Assembly: GCF_000008645.1 (NCBI RefSeq)
Contig: NC_000916.1
Span: forward strand, 1,020,001-1,052,000
From: Methanothermobacter thermautotrophicus str. Delta H
GTDB taxonomy: Archaea; Methanobacteriota; Methanobacteria; Methanobacteriales; Methanothermobacteraceae
DNA length: 32,000 nucleotides
Direction: 5' to 3'
The notes below the pieces were generated by a model, which was given only the letters and a program-made list of their open reading frames with translations, was not told the origin of the DNA and ran no database searches. Numbering within the stretch: position 1 is the stretch's first letter; every line of letters begins with the position of its first letter. Made by a program: the position numbers and the translations under genes. Of the stretch, positions 18,351 to 29,309 are shown piece by piece.

Positions 18351-18497
18351 GGATAGTTCTGGATGGAGTGGACGGTGTCAGAATGCTTGAGCCTTCAAAG
18401 GATAGTTCTGGATGGAGTGGACGGTGTCAGAATGCTTGAGCCTTCAAAGGATAGTTCTGGATGGAGTGGACGGTGTCAGAATGTTTGATCTTTCACT
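18351..18497. repeat. 49-bp tandem repeat, two identical copies plus a third 44/49 copy carrying the pyrC start
   Basis: ggatagttctggatggagtggacggtgtcagaatgcttgagccttcaaa at 18351-18399 and 18400-18448 (identical). Copy 3 at 18449-18497 is identical for 35 nt, then diverges into atgtttgatctttcact. Confidence 0.95.
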
Positions 18498-19776
18498 TGA
18501 AAACTGCAGGGTTGACAGGGACCTCACCGTGAATATAGGTGTGGATGATGGGAAGATAGTGCAGATATCCCGTGGAAGGATTGATGCTTCAGAGAAGATT
18601 GACCTGAAGGGCTATTTCGTGCTGCCAGGACTGATCGACGCCCACGTGCATTTCAGGGACCCCGGGCTGGAGTACAAGGAGGACTTCAGGACAGGCTCAA
18701 TGGCAGCTGCCCATGGGGGTTTTTCCACAGTCCTTGACATGCCAAACACGGTCCCCCCAGCAGATAACGCAGCGGAATTTGAAAGGAAGATCAGGATAGG
18801 TGAAAGAAAGAGTGTTGTTGATTTTGGGCTCCACGCTGGTTTCAGAAGTGTTTCAGACGTTAAAGGTATTCTCAGGTTCATGCCAGCCTCCTTCAAGGTA
18901 TTCATGGATCTCACGGGGATCAGTACAGTTGATGGGCTATTCAGAGAGCTTAAGGATCTATCAGCGCCGGTGCCGGTCACCGTGCACTGCGAGAACAGGG
19001 ATGTGGTCATGAAATCCATGAAGGAATTAAAGGATAGAAGTGATCCCTCAGCCTATGCCCTTGCAAGACCTCCCCTCGCAGAGGAGGTCTCTGTGGCCGA
19101 GGTCCTGGCACTATCCATTCACCATGAACACCCCGTGCACATCTGTCATCTGAGCACAGTGAAGGCCCTTCAGCTTGTTGAACCCTTCAGGGAGTACGTG
19201 ACATGTGAGGTCACACCACACCACCTTCTGCTTGATTCAGGGGCCTTTAGAAGATTCGGGACAATGGTGAAAACAAATCCTCCTCTGAGGCCCCCTGAGA
19301 GCCGGATTTATCCAGAGTTTCTTGATAGGATCAATATCATTGGAACCGATCATGCACCCCACGGTATCGAGGAAAAGAGGAAGGGTATCTGGGACGCGCC
19401 ACCAGGGATCCCCAACCTTGAGGTTGTACTTAAACTGTTACTTACACTGGTCTCAAAGGGGAGGATGTCCCTTTCCACCATACGGAGGATGCTTGCAGAG
19501 GAGCCGGCAAGGATATTTGGTCTGAGGTCCAAGGGACGTATAGCTGAGGGCATGGACGCTGATTTTACCGTCATCGATCTTAAAGAGACTGGCAGGATCA
19601 GGTCAGATGAATTCTACAGTAAGGCCCACTACACCCCCTTTGAGGGTTTCAGTTACACCGGAGGTCCCGTCATGACCATTGTCAGGGGCAGGGCTGTCAT
19701 GAGAGATGGGGAGGTGCTTGAGGGTAATGGCAGGTACATCCCTGCAGAGCATGATGGTAAACATGGGAGTGCATGA
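18481..19776 (+). CDS. pyrC: dihydroorotase
   Basis: Amidohydrolase metal motif LPGLIDAHVHFRDPG, plus GTDHAPH later. I prefer ATG 18481 (MFDLSLENCRV..., GGTG 5 nt upstream). The track start at 18412 lies inside repeat copy 2. Confidence 0.85.
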   Translation: MFDLSLENCRVDRDLTVNIGVDDGKIVQISRGRIDASEKIDLKGYFVLPGLIDAHVHFRDPGLEYKEDFRTGSMAAAHGGFSTVLDMPNTVPPADNAAEFERKIRIGERKSVVDFGLHAGFRSVSDVKGILRFMPASFKVFMDLTGISTVDGLFRELKDLSAPVPVTVHCENRDVVMKSMKELKDRSDPSAYALARPPLAEEVSVAEVLALSIHHEHPVHICHLSTVKALQLVEPFREYVTCEVTPHHLLLDSGAFRRFGTMVKTNPPLRPPESRIYPEFLDRINIIGTDHAPHGIEEKRKGIWDAPPGIPNLEVVLKLLLTLVSKGRMSLSTIRRMLAEEPARIFGLRSKGRIAEGMDADFTVIDLKETGRIRSDEFYSKAHYTPFEGFSYTGGPVMTIVRGRAVMRDGEVLEGNGRYIPAEHDGKHGSA

Positions 19777-19993
19777 AGTGACTTTGACCTATCTTGATTA
19801 GAGAAACACGACTTTATTCAACTTTCTTTCGTCTCCTGCTTCCTCTTAACCATGTGTTCGAATGGACTTCCTGCCTCTTCTATGATTAGCCTTTAACTCT
19901 GTGTTCGAAGCACCTGCTGTGCTGAATACCATCTATCAGGAGAGACGATGATGGATTCTAACCGCAAAAAGAACATGATTAATAATGAAAAAA

Positions 19994-20001
19994 TTTATAT
20001 T
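19994..20001 (+). promoter_or_regulatory. candidate TATA box for the CooT-like gene
   Basis: TTTATATT at 19994-20001, about 47 nt before ATG 20048, with GGTGA RBS at 20038-20042. Confidence 0.3.
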
Positions 20002-20047
20002 GAATAAGAACATATTCTTGAACTCAATGTAATGCGTGGTGAAACAT

Positions 20048-20230
20048 ATGTGTGAATCAAACCTCTACTCAGAAGGTGGAGACCTCCTCATGGAGGACGT
20101 TATATTCATTGAGGTCCTTGAAGATGGGATCAGGGCAACAGACATACTTGACTCCCAGAAGGAATTCCCTGGAAAACTAACAAGAATAGACCTTGATAAA
20201 CACAGGATCTACATTGAAACAGAAGACTGA
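20048..20230 (+). CDS. CooT-family small putative nickel-binding protein
   Basis: 60 aa starting MCESNLY (invariant Cys2 of CooT). The C-terminal ...KEFPGKLTRIDLDKHRIYIETED parallels ...FPGLAIGRVDLRSGVISLIEE of Rhodospirillum CooT, as I recall it. The track start (GTG 20036) adds 4 codons. Confidence 0.6.
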   Translation: MCESNLYSEGGDLLMEDVIFIEVLEDGIRATDILDSQKEFPGKLTRIDLDKHRIYIETED

Positions 20231-20257
20231 ATGAATGATAAACTGACTCTAAAATTC

Positions 20258-20264
20258 TTTTTTT
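20258..20264 (+). terminator. oligo-T tract after the CooT-like gene
   Basis: T7 run 28 nt downstream of the stop. Archaeal termination commonly uses oligo-T. Confidence 0.35.
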
Positions 20265-20315
20265 GAATTGAAACCTGAAAATGAGAAACTGGCTCTATCA
20301 GCCTTTTGAAGTCAT

Positions 20316-20326
20316 AAAAAAGAAAA
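20316..20326 (-). terminator. oligo-T tract after mrtA
   Basis: The minus strand reads TTTTCTTTTTT 13 nt after the mrtA stop (20339-20341). Confidence 0.4.
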
Positions 20327-20338
20327 TATTTGCTGGAA

Positions 20339-21999
20339 TTATTTTCCAGCTGGTATGATGAGGTCCCTTTCTCCCTCTGGCATGAACTCCCTGAGTGCAC
20401 CTGCTGCAATTGACTTCCTTGGTGATGTGAAGTCAAAGGAGAGGTCCTTATCTGCAAATGCAACCTTTATGAGTGGGTTTGTACAGAAGGCATCGCCCCT
20501 TGCAGCGTGTGGTGCCTGAGCTATACCTGCGTACTCTGGCTGGTGACCCACGTTCATGGCGTAGTTTGGATAGTTAGGTCCACGGAGTTCGTGTATGAGA
20601 CCCTCGTCGCTCCTGATTGAGAGGGAGTTGGATGCACCGCACTGGTCCTGCAGGTCGTATCCGTAGAATCCGAGCCTGCTGTGGGCCTCCTTGTGGAGTA
20701 TCTGGCTGAGGTACCATCCGTTGATACCTGCATTTGAGTTTCCTGTTGCGAAGGCTGTGGAACATCCTGCTGCTGCAGCTGCAACAGCTGCCCTCTGTGA
20801 TCCTCCGAAGTGGTCCTCCAGGAGGGTGGGGTATTCCTCATACTGTTCAAGTGAGTACAGTGTGACCTCTGTGGATATGTCGCGCACAACATCCATTGTA
20901 GGTTTTGTTCCGCAGATTCCGTACTTGTCATCAACGTACTCCATACCGTAGTATACGAAGTCGTCGAGGATGTCGTCGGTGTAGGCTGCTGTTGCGTACT
21001 GGGTGAAACCCACACCACCTGACATGTATGAGCCGAGCCAGACCTGGTCGTAGAGTGCTGCTGCACCTGCGATGACCTCAAGTGATATCTTCGCAGGGTC
21101 ATCTGAAACCCTTGAAGCCTGTACTATGTCTGCGAATGTTCCGAAGGCAACTCCACCGGGCTCGTTTGGTCCCCTTGCCCTCCTTGCAGGCATTATTGTA
21201 CCCATCTCTATAACGTCGGCGTGTTTTGCAGCGTATGAGAAGTCAGCGATTGCTGCTTCACCTGCACAGAGTTTGTATGCTGATATGAAGCTCATACCGA
21301 TCTGCATTGCAGACCATCTTGAGACTGTACCACCGTCACAGGTCCTCACGACTATTGTCGGGACCCTGTTGACCTGGTAGGTCCTGTTACCGATGTAGCT
21401 CTTGAGCTGTTCAGCCTGTTCCTCAGGGAACTCCTTGTTTATGTCTATGAGTATCCTCTTGTCCAGTTCATCTGCCAGGTTGTCGTCACCTGTGAAGATC
21501 TTGGCGTAACAGTCCTCAACCAGTCCAGGGTGTACCTCGACCATGTGCTCCTGGACAACGGCACCACCAGGGAGGGCGTGGTTGATTGCCTCCATGTACT
21601 CGTTTATTGTCTCAGGGGTCACCTCCACACCGAGCCTCTTCTCAAGGACGGCGTGTGCTGTGTCCATACCCACGATGACTGTCCTCTTTATGTCGTCCAC
21701 CATCTGCTGGATGGCTGCGTTGTTGACGAAGTGGAGGTCGTCACCCTCAACGTAGGCGTCTGTGCCTGATACACGGTAGGCCATGAGTTTCCTCTGACCC
21801 AGCGGCACACCGATGTCAGGGTTGTAGAAGGGTATTCCTCCCCTCTTCTCTGCTGCCTTCTTGGCGTACTCTGTGAATTCCTTTTTACGTGCGGACTGTT
21901 CCCATCCGCCGAAGCAGTAGAAGTTTGTGTATTTCTCGTCGGGGTCTTCCACCTCAAACTTCTTCTTTAAAGCTGTAAGGAATAGTTTCTTTTCATCCA

Positions 22000-22000
<1 letters not shown>
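20339..22000 (-). CDS. mrtA: methyl-coenzyme M reductase II, alpha subunit
   Basis: 553 aa with unmistakable McrA sequence, including the modified-residue region [18 protein letters not shown]. Assigned to isoenzyme II because the operon is B-D-G-A with no C gene and lies next to mvh. Confidence 0.95.
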
Positions 22001-22797
<797 letters not shown>

Positions 22798-22812
22798 TTC
22801 ATAACCTCACAA

Positions 22813-23301
22813 TTATTTTATGTTAACAACGGTGTCCTTCATCCTTGAACTGGGATCAACCATGCCGATTACCCTTGGATCAATCTTTTCCTCAAATTTA
22901 AGTCCGTATTTAAGGTAATCTGATATGGTGATGTCCTTCTTTGTGAAGGCACCTATGAATACCTTATAGGAGCAGGGGAGCACTTCATCCAGGATTTCCT
23001 CGATTGTTTCCATCTTCTCCTCCAGGGTCTCAGGGAGCATCCCCACAATGATCTCTCCGACCTTCACCCGGAGTTCAAACTCCTCTCCGCGGACTGTTAT
23101 CTTCCGCCGATCGCTGTGGTTAACCTCTGTCCCCCTTGCAGGGCCGTAGTAAACCCTGTCGGGTATTGATGGTCCATGGACCAGTACCCTGACTATCCCC
23201 TCAAGTTCATATATCCTGTTAAGAAGCTTCTCAGCGGTCTCTGGTTTCAGCAGCCGCTGGGGGAAGATCTTAACATCGATGAATCCTGTTTCTGACATCA
23301 T
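22813..23301 (-). CDS. mrtD: methyl-coenzyme M reductase II operon protein D
   Basis: 162 aa. IDVKIFPQRLLKPETAEKLLNRIYELEGIVRVLVHG matches McrD-type proteins, not McrC. Confidence 0.85.
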   Translation of the reverse strand: MMSETGFIDVKIFPQRLLKPETAEKLLNRIYELEGIVRVLVHGPSIPDRVYYGPARGTEVNHSDRRKITVRGEEFELRVKVGEIIVGMLPETLEEKMETIEEILDEVLPCSYKVFIGAFTKKDITISDYLKYGLKFEEKIDPRVIGMVDPSSRMKDTVVNIK

Positions 23302-23317
23302 GACTCCCCATTTTAAC

Positions 23318-24649
23318 CTATAACTGGTCCTTTATCTCTGCAGCACCTTTTGCAACGTTAACTATTGGTTCTCTGAAGTAGTCTATTTCGCTGTAAACAG
23401 ATCCTATGAGTCCTGATGTCTTCTCCACTGAGAACATCTGTGTCCCTGCGTCAAGGCACATTGCTGCGGCCACACATGGTAGAGCAAATCCTTTACTGTG
23501 CCTTGTAACGACGTGGTTTCCATGGAATATACCTGGTCCACCTCCACCGTAGATGGAGTGGCTGAAGAATGAGAATCCTACTGCGGTACCCATTGCCCTT
23601 CCGAAGTCCACACCTGGCAGACCTGTCTCGTATTCGAGTATGTCGTTGTAGTAGAGCACTGTTGATGCCACACCCTGGGCTGCCCTTGCTGCTCCCACGT
23701 TGACTATTGTTGCTGCAAGGAGACCTGTTGCTGCGTATGCGTTCCATAGAGCCCAGTCGGCTGGTTCGTACATCTTGTAGCCTGATTTCATTTCACTGGC
23801 CACTTTGATGACCCTGTCCTCTATTGCCCTTTCAACGAGGGATGCTATGACTGTACCCACTGTTCCCTTGCTGTTCTCCTTAACAAGGTCAAAGAGGAGG
23901 TTGTTGGCGTTGAGTCCCTGGTAGGCGAGTCCAAGCAGGTGCATCCTTTCGAATGCTCCGACTGCGTCACCTGTTTCGAACATTGCTGTCTGTTCGAGTA
24001 TGGATGATAGTGCGGATGCGTTGAGTGTGTTCTTCCTTGTGATGGCCACGACGTGGTTTGCCATTATGTTCCTGAGACCGTATCCAAGACCTTCGAGGAG
24101 TACTGGTGGTCCGAGGAGTGTTGAGAGGTTGGCTCCTGTGAAGTCAACTGTCTGTGGGTATCTTCCCATGACAGCGGTTTTGACTGCGTTTGCATCGAAC
24201 ATGTCCACGTCGAATTCGTCGATTATTGCCTGTACAACTGCAGCTCCTGTGACCAGGGCTGAGACTGTGTAGTCTGCAGCCACGCCCATCCTTGTTGTTG
24301 GGACCTGTACGAGGATCTGCTGGCCGTTGTTTATGAGGCGGATGTTTGTGTCGTCGTCTTCAGATGTCTGAACAAGTCTTTTGACCTTTTCAGCTATTGC
24401 CTCTGCGTTTTCAACTATTGGCAGTTCAACTTCCCTTCCCGGGATGAAGTTGGACTTTCCACCCAGGGCTGCCTTCTTGAGGCTTCCCTCTATCCCGGCC
24501 AGGTTCACTGCAACTGACCTTTTCACGTCGCTTACCAGGTTTGCTATTGTCGGGTTTTTAAGGGGGCTTACGGCTTCAAGAGGAACATCTTCCTCGAGGA
24601 GCTTACCATCTGCCCCGTAGAGATCTATTCTGTCTTCATACATTGGCAT
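23318..24649 (-). CDS. mrtB: methyl-coenzyme M reductase II, beta subunit
   Basis: McrB family throughout. I prefer ATG 24649 ([12 protein letters not shown], 443 aa; AGAGGTG RBS at 24658-24664) over the GTG at 24658. Confidence 0.95.
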
Positions 24650-24675
24650 GGTATTCACACCTCTTGTTTTATTTA

Positions 24676-24709
24676 TTTATTAATAAAATTTACTATTTTA
24701 TTAATAAAA
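24676..24709. promoter_or_regulatory. twin palindromes TTTATTAATAAA in the mrt promoter region (candidate TATA box plus operator)
   Basis: Perfect 12-nt palindrome at 24676-24687 and the same core extended to 14 nt at 24696-24709, with centres 21 bp apart, 27-60 nt upstream of the mrtB ATG. Confidence 0.4.
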
Positions 24710-24999
24710 CTGATGGGGTTATGGGATTGCCAGCGATAATCCATGGAAATGGTCACCTCATGAAGGAGCTATCCATCACCAATGTCTCGAAATGGACCTT
24801 CAGGTTATACCGAAGTTCATCCTCCAACCTCCAGAGCACAGCTCATTATAGAACAAGCCATACTGTACATCTCGTTATTATCCAGTATTAATCTGAATAT
24901 AACCGCTTATGCTTCAGTTTTTTGACATCTATGACTCTATTGAATAAGAAAAAAGGATAATATAAATGTTTTCAAAAGGAAAAAAAGAAAAATTTTAAA

Positions 25000-25020
25000 T
25001 ATGAAAAATCATTTTTCATA
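25000..25020 (-). terminator. AT-rich hairpin followed by T-runs downstream of mvhB
   Basis: tatgaaaaatcatttttcata is a 21-nt near-perfect palindrome. On the minus strand it is followed by ATTTAAAATTTTTCTTTTTTTCCTTTTG (24972-24999). Confidence 0.35.
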
Positions 25021-25074
25021 AAAATATTAACAGTGATAATAACATGGTCTGTGATAACTGGAATCCTGCATCTG

Positions 25075-25085
25075 AAAACAAAAAA
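25075..25085 (-). terminator. oligo-T tract immediately after the mvhB stop
   Basis: The minus strand reads TTTTTTGTTTT starting 10 nt after the TAA at 25095-25097. Confidence 0.4.
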
Positions 25086-25094
25086 GGAGGGGGG

Positions 25095-26333
<1,239 letters not shown>

Positions 26334-26354
26334 TTTACCACCTTTCTGGTGAAA

Positions 26355-27773
26355 TTAGATCCTTTTTACAAGGTCGCCTTCACTGTCGTATACTTCCAAG
26401 GTGGCAAGTCTCATCTGACTGTCAATGGTGTGTGTTGCGCAGGAGAGACATGGGTCGTATGCCCTTATGACCATCTCCATGAGGTTGAATATCTTATCAT
26501 CCACTTCAACGCCAGGTTTGATGTAGTCCTGGGCAACCTTCTGGATACCCATCTCCATGGCCGGGTTGTTCTGGATTGTTGCAACCACGATGTTTGCCTT
26601 GGTGATGAGGCCGTTTTCATCGCAGGTGTAGTGGTGTGTGAGTGTTCCCCTTGGCGCCTCAACTATACCCACACCGTCTCCAGCCTGTCTTTCAAGTGAA
26701 TCCGGGAACTTCTCTCCTGATAGGTCTCCTTCAAGTGCGTCGGCTGCACATTCAGCACATGCGAGGAGTTCTATGAGCCTTGCCCAGTGGTACAGGAGGG
26801 TCTGCTGTGCGTATCCAAAGTTTTCCCTGAACTCCTTGAAGTGCTCCTGTGCCTTTGGAGCTGCATCAGGCATCTTGTCTGCAACGTTGAGCCTTGAGAG
26901 GGGTGAGACACGGTAAACACCGTCCGGGTATCCCAGGTCCTTTATGTATGGAAACTTGAGCCAGGAGTAGGGCTTGACATGTTCGGCGATTGTGTCTGCG
27001 TAGTCTGCAGGCTTGAACTCCCTGAACATGTTTCCTTCCTTGTCCTTTATCCTCACTATACCATCGTAGACGTCCCATACACCGTCCTTCACAAGACCTG
27101 TGTGGTAGGTTTCGATGTTACCAAGTGAGTTCACGAGGTCAATGTTCTCCTCGAAGATGGGGACTGCCAGTTCAAGGGTGGCCTCTGCCAGTTCAACGTT
27201 TCTCTGGGCCTTCTTGAGGAGGTCCTTCTGGGTTTCATCGTCGAGTTCTGTTGAGATACCACCTGGTGTTGATGATGTTGGGTGGATTGGCCTTCCACCG
27301 GTGGCCCTCACAAGTTCAAGGGCGTTTTTACGTAGTTCTATGGCCTGAAGAGCAATATCAGGGGCATCCTTTATAATCTGGAAGACGTTCCTTGTCTTTC
27401 TGTCCTTACCTGCTATGAAGTCAGGGGCTGCAAGGAAGTAGAAGTGCAGACCGTGGGAGTGCATGTATGAACCCCAGTTCATGATCTCCCTCATCTTGTA
27501 GGCTGCAGGAAGGACATCCTCTGGTTCAAAACCGAAACATGCGTCAACAGCCTTGGCTGCTGCCAGGTGGTGCTGCACGTCACAGATACCGCAGATCCTT
27601 GGAACTATCCTTGGTGCTTCCTCGATGGGTCTTCCCTGGAGGAACTTTTCAAACCCACGGAACTCCATGACATGGAGCCTTGTGTCTTCAACATTACCTG
27701 CATCATCAAGGTGTACGGTAATCTTGGCGTGACCTTCTATACGGGTCACAGGTTCCATTGTGAGTTTAACCAT
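26355..27773 (-). CDS. mvhA: F420-non-reducing [NiFe] hydrogenase large subunit
   Basis: 472 aa. N-terminal [10 protein letters not shown] and C-terminal DPCLSCATH Ni-binding motifs, with a C-terminal extension for endoprotease processing. Confidence 0.95.
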   Translation of the reverse strand: MVKLTMEPVTRIEGHAKITVHLDDAGNVEDTRLHVMEFRGFEKFLQGRPIEEAPRIVPRICGICDVQHHLAAAKAVDACFGFEPEDVLPAAYKMREIMNWGSYMHSHGLHFYFLAAPDFIAGKDRKTRNVFQIIKDAPDIALQAIELRKNALELVRATGGRPIHPTSSTPGGISTELDDETQKDLLKKAQRNVELAEATLELAVPIFEENIDLVNSLGNIETYHTGLVKDGVWDVYDGIVRIKDKEGNMFREFKPADYADTIAEHVKPYSWLKFPYIKDLGYPDGVYRVSPLSRLNVADKMPDAAPKAQEHFKEFRENFGYAQQTLLYHWARLIELLACAECAADALEGDLSGEKFPDSLERQAGDGVGIVEAPRGTLTHHYTCDENGLITKANIVVATIQNNPAMEMGIQKVAQDYIKPGVEVDDKIFNLMEMVIRAYDPCLSCATHTIDSQMRLATLEVYDSEGDLVKRI

Positions 27774-28700
27774 CTATTTACCCTCCTTCTGTATTTTCAT
27801 TGGTATGAGTGCTGCTGGAAGTGTGAAGGTGTAGAATGTTCCAACAATATCGTCCAGCTGTTCAGCCACTTCCTCAGGGTCGACGGTTTTGTCCTCCTCG
27901 ACCTTGTAGTCAGAGGCTATAGCACTTATCATCTTGGCGCCCTGGTCCTCAACACGTGCTGTTGGGCCGTAGCATCCACGGCAGGGTATGGCTATGCTCG
28001 GGCATTCGGCGCCACAGATGGATACTGTTGCAGGGCCCATGCATATGAGTCCCTGTGGTATGAGACAGAGGTCGTCTTCTGGTTTACCAACCTCAAACTG
28101 CCTCTTTATGAAGTCCATTGCAAGGCCTTCTGGTGGTTTCTCCCTTGGACAGACTTCGCAGAGGTTTGTTTCAGGGAGTTCTATTTCCTCACCTGTTAGA
28201 AGTGCCATAACTGCTTCTGCAGCCACATCTGAGCGTGGTGGGCAGCCAGGGACCTCAAAGTCAACGTCTATGACTTCACCGAGTGGTTTGACCCTTCCCT
28301 CAAGGTGGGGCACGTCTTCAGATGGGATAACACCTTCCTCGTTGGGTGTTGTGATGGAGTTTATGTAGGCCTCCTCGATAACTTCATCCTTGTCCCAGAG
28401 GTTCCTGAGACCTGGTATACCTCCGTAAACTGCGCAGGTACCGTAGCTTATGACAAACTTGGCCTTTTCCCTGAGCTCCTCGGCAAATTCCCTGTTCTCA
28501 TCGTTGACGATTCCGCCCTCGATGATGACGACATCGAGTTCAGGAATTTCATCGTACTTTGTGTCCATTAACACGGGGCTGAATTCAAAGTCCGCATGTT
28601 CCATAACGTCTATGATCTTTTCATGGAAGTCTGCAATGGACAGGTGGCATCCGGAGCATCCTCCAAGCCACATTGTTCCTATTTTTATCTTTTCAGCCAT
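27774..28700 (-). CDS. mvhG: F420-non-reducing [NiFe] hydrogenase small subunit
   Basis: 308 aa. Small-subunit cluster motifs (WLGGCSGCHLS, GTCAVYGG, CPGCPP). Its stop abuts the mvhA ATG. Confidence 0.95.
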   Translation of the reverse strand: MAEKIKIGTMWLGGCSGCHLSIADFHEKIIDVMEHADFEFSPVLMDTKYDEIPELDVVIIEGGIVNDENREFAEELREKAKFVISYGTCAVYGGIPGLRNLWDKDEVIEEAYINSITTPNEEGVIPSEDVPHLEGRVKPLGEVIDVDFEVPGCPPRSDVAAEAVMALLTGEEIELPETNLCEVCPREKPPEGLAMDFIKRQFEVGKPEDDLCLIPQGLICMGPATVSICGAECPSIAIPCRGCYGPTARVEDQGAKMISAIASDYKVEEDKTVDPEEVAEQLDDIVGTFYTFTLPAALIPMKIQKEGK

Positions 28701-28712
28701 TTGAAATCCTCC

Positions 28713-29138
28713 TTATGCTTCAGCTAGCTGTTTTTTGATTGGTGATGGGCCAAGGTCCTTTATCCTGTTAACCATCATCTTAACTGTTTCAGCGAATTTT
28801 TCACCCTCTGATGCTGATATCCAGTCGTGGTGGATCCTTTCCCTGCCGATTCCAAGCTCATCTGCCAGTTTGTAGATCAGCCTCATTCTCCTGTCAAGCT
28901 TGTAGTTTCCTGCGTCGTAGTGGCAGTCACCATGGTGGCATCCTGTTACAAGGACACCGTCAGCGCCTTCCCTGAATGCCTTGAGAACGAACTGTGGTTC
29001 TATCCTTCCGGAGCACATCACACGGATAACCCTAATGTTTGTAGGGTACTGCATCCTTGCTGTTCCCGCAGTGTCGGCTCCACCGTAGGAACACCAGTTA
29101 CAACAGAACATCACAATTTTTATGTCATCTTCAGCCAT
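28713..29138 (-). CDS. mvhD: MvhD, the [2Fe-2S] subunit linking Mvh hydrogenase to heterodisulfide reductase
   Basis: 141 aa. [22 protein letters not shown] and GCHHGDCHY motifs. AAGGAGGA RBS. Confidence 0.9.
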
Positions 29139-29309
29139 AGAGTTTCCTCCTTGCTTTTGGATCGTACTATAATTGTACTTGGTATATGGTTTAGGAGTGG
29201 TAAGTATAAAGGTTACTTATGAAACAATTTCCGAAAATTTTATATGTGTGGTTAAAATTTTTATTATTTTTAATACCACTCCCCTTCCACCAGAAGGCTC
29301 CTATGAAAC

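Noticed and set aside
18412-18480. 23-codon N-terminal extension of pyrC used by the ORF track
   Set aside because: It lies inside the 49-bp repeat copies, and the dihydroorotase homology starts at MFDLSLENCRV with its own GGTG RBS. It is kept as a possibility in the repeat finding.
15144-18497. Whether the short tandem repeats represent a CRISPR array
   Set aside because: There are only 2-3 units, directly abutting or with a 7-bp gap. There are no unique spacers of 30-40 bp, no cas genes, and the units overlap coding sequence.
19830-19915. Imperfect ~48-nt spaced repeat (ttaacNNtgtgttcgaa twice; cctgcNtc twice) downstream of pyrC
   Set aside because: Only about 12-15 nt match per copy with several mismatches, which cannot be distinguished from chance by eye.
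19940-20010. Possible C/D-box sRNA (ATGATGG ... CTGA-like elements) in the pyrC-cooT spacer
   Set aside because: The C box is imperfect, and there is no properly spaced D, C' or D' set and no terminal stem. The region is better explained as the AT-rich promoter of the CooT-like gene.
24643-24891. 82-aa ORF in the mvhB-mrtB spacer
   Set aside because: It begins inside the mrtB start region on the opposite strand and reads through AT-rich promoter DNA ([11 protein letters not shown]). It has no RBS and no coding-like composition.
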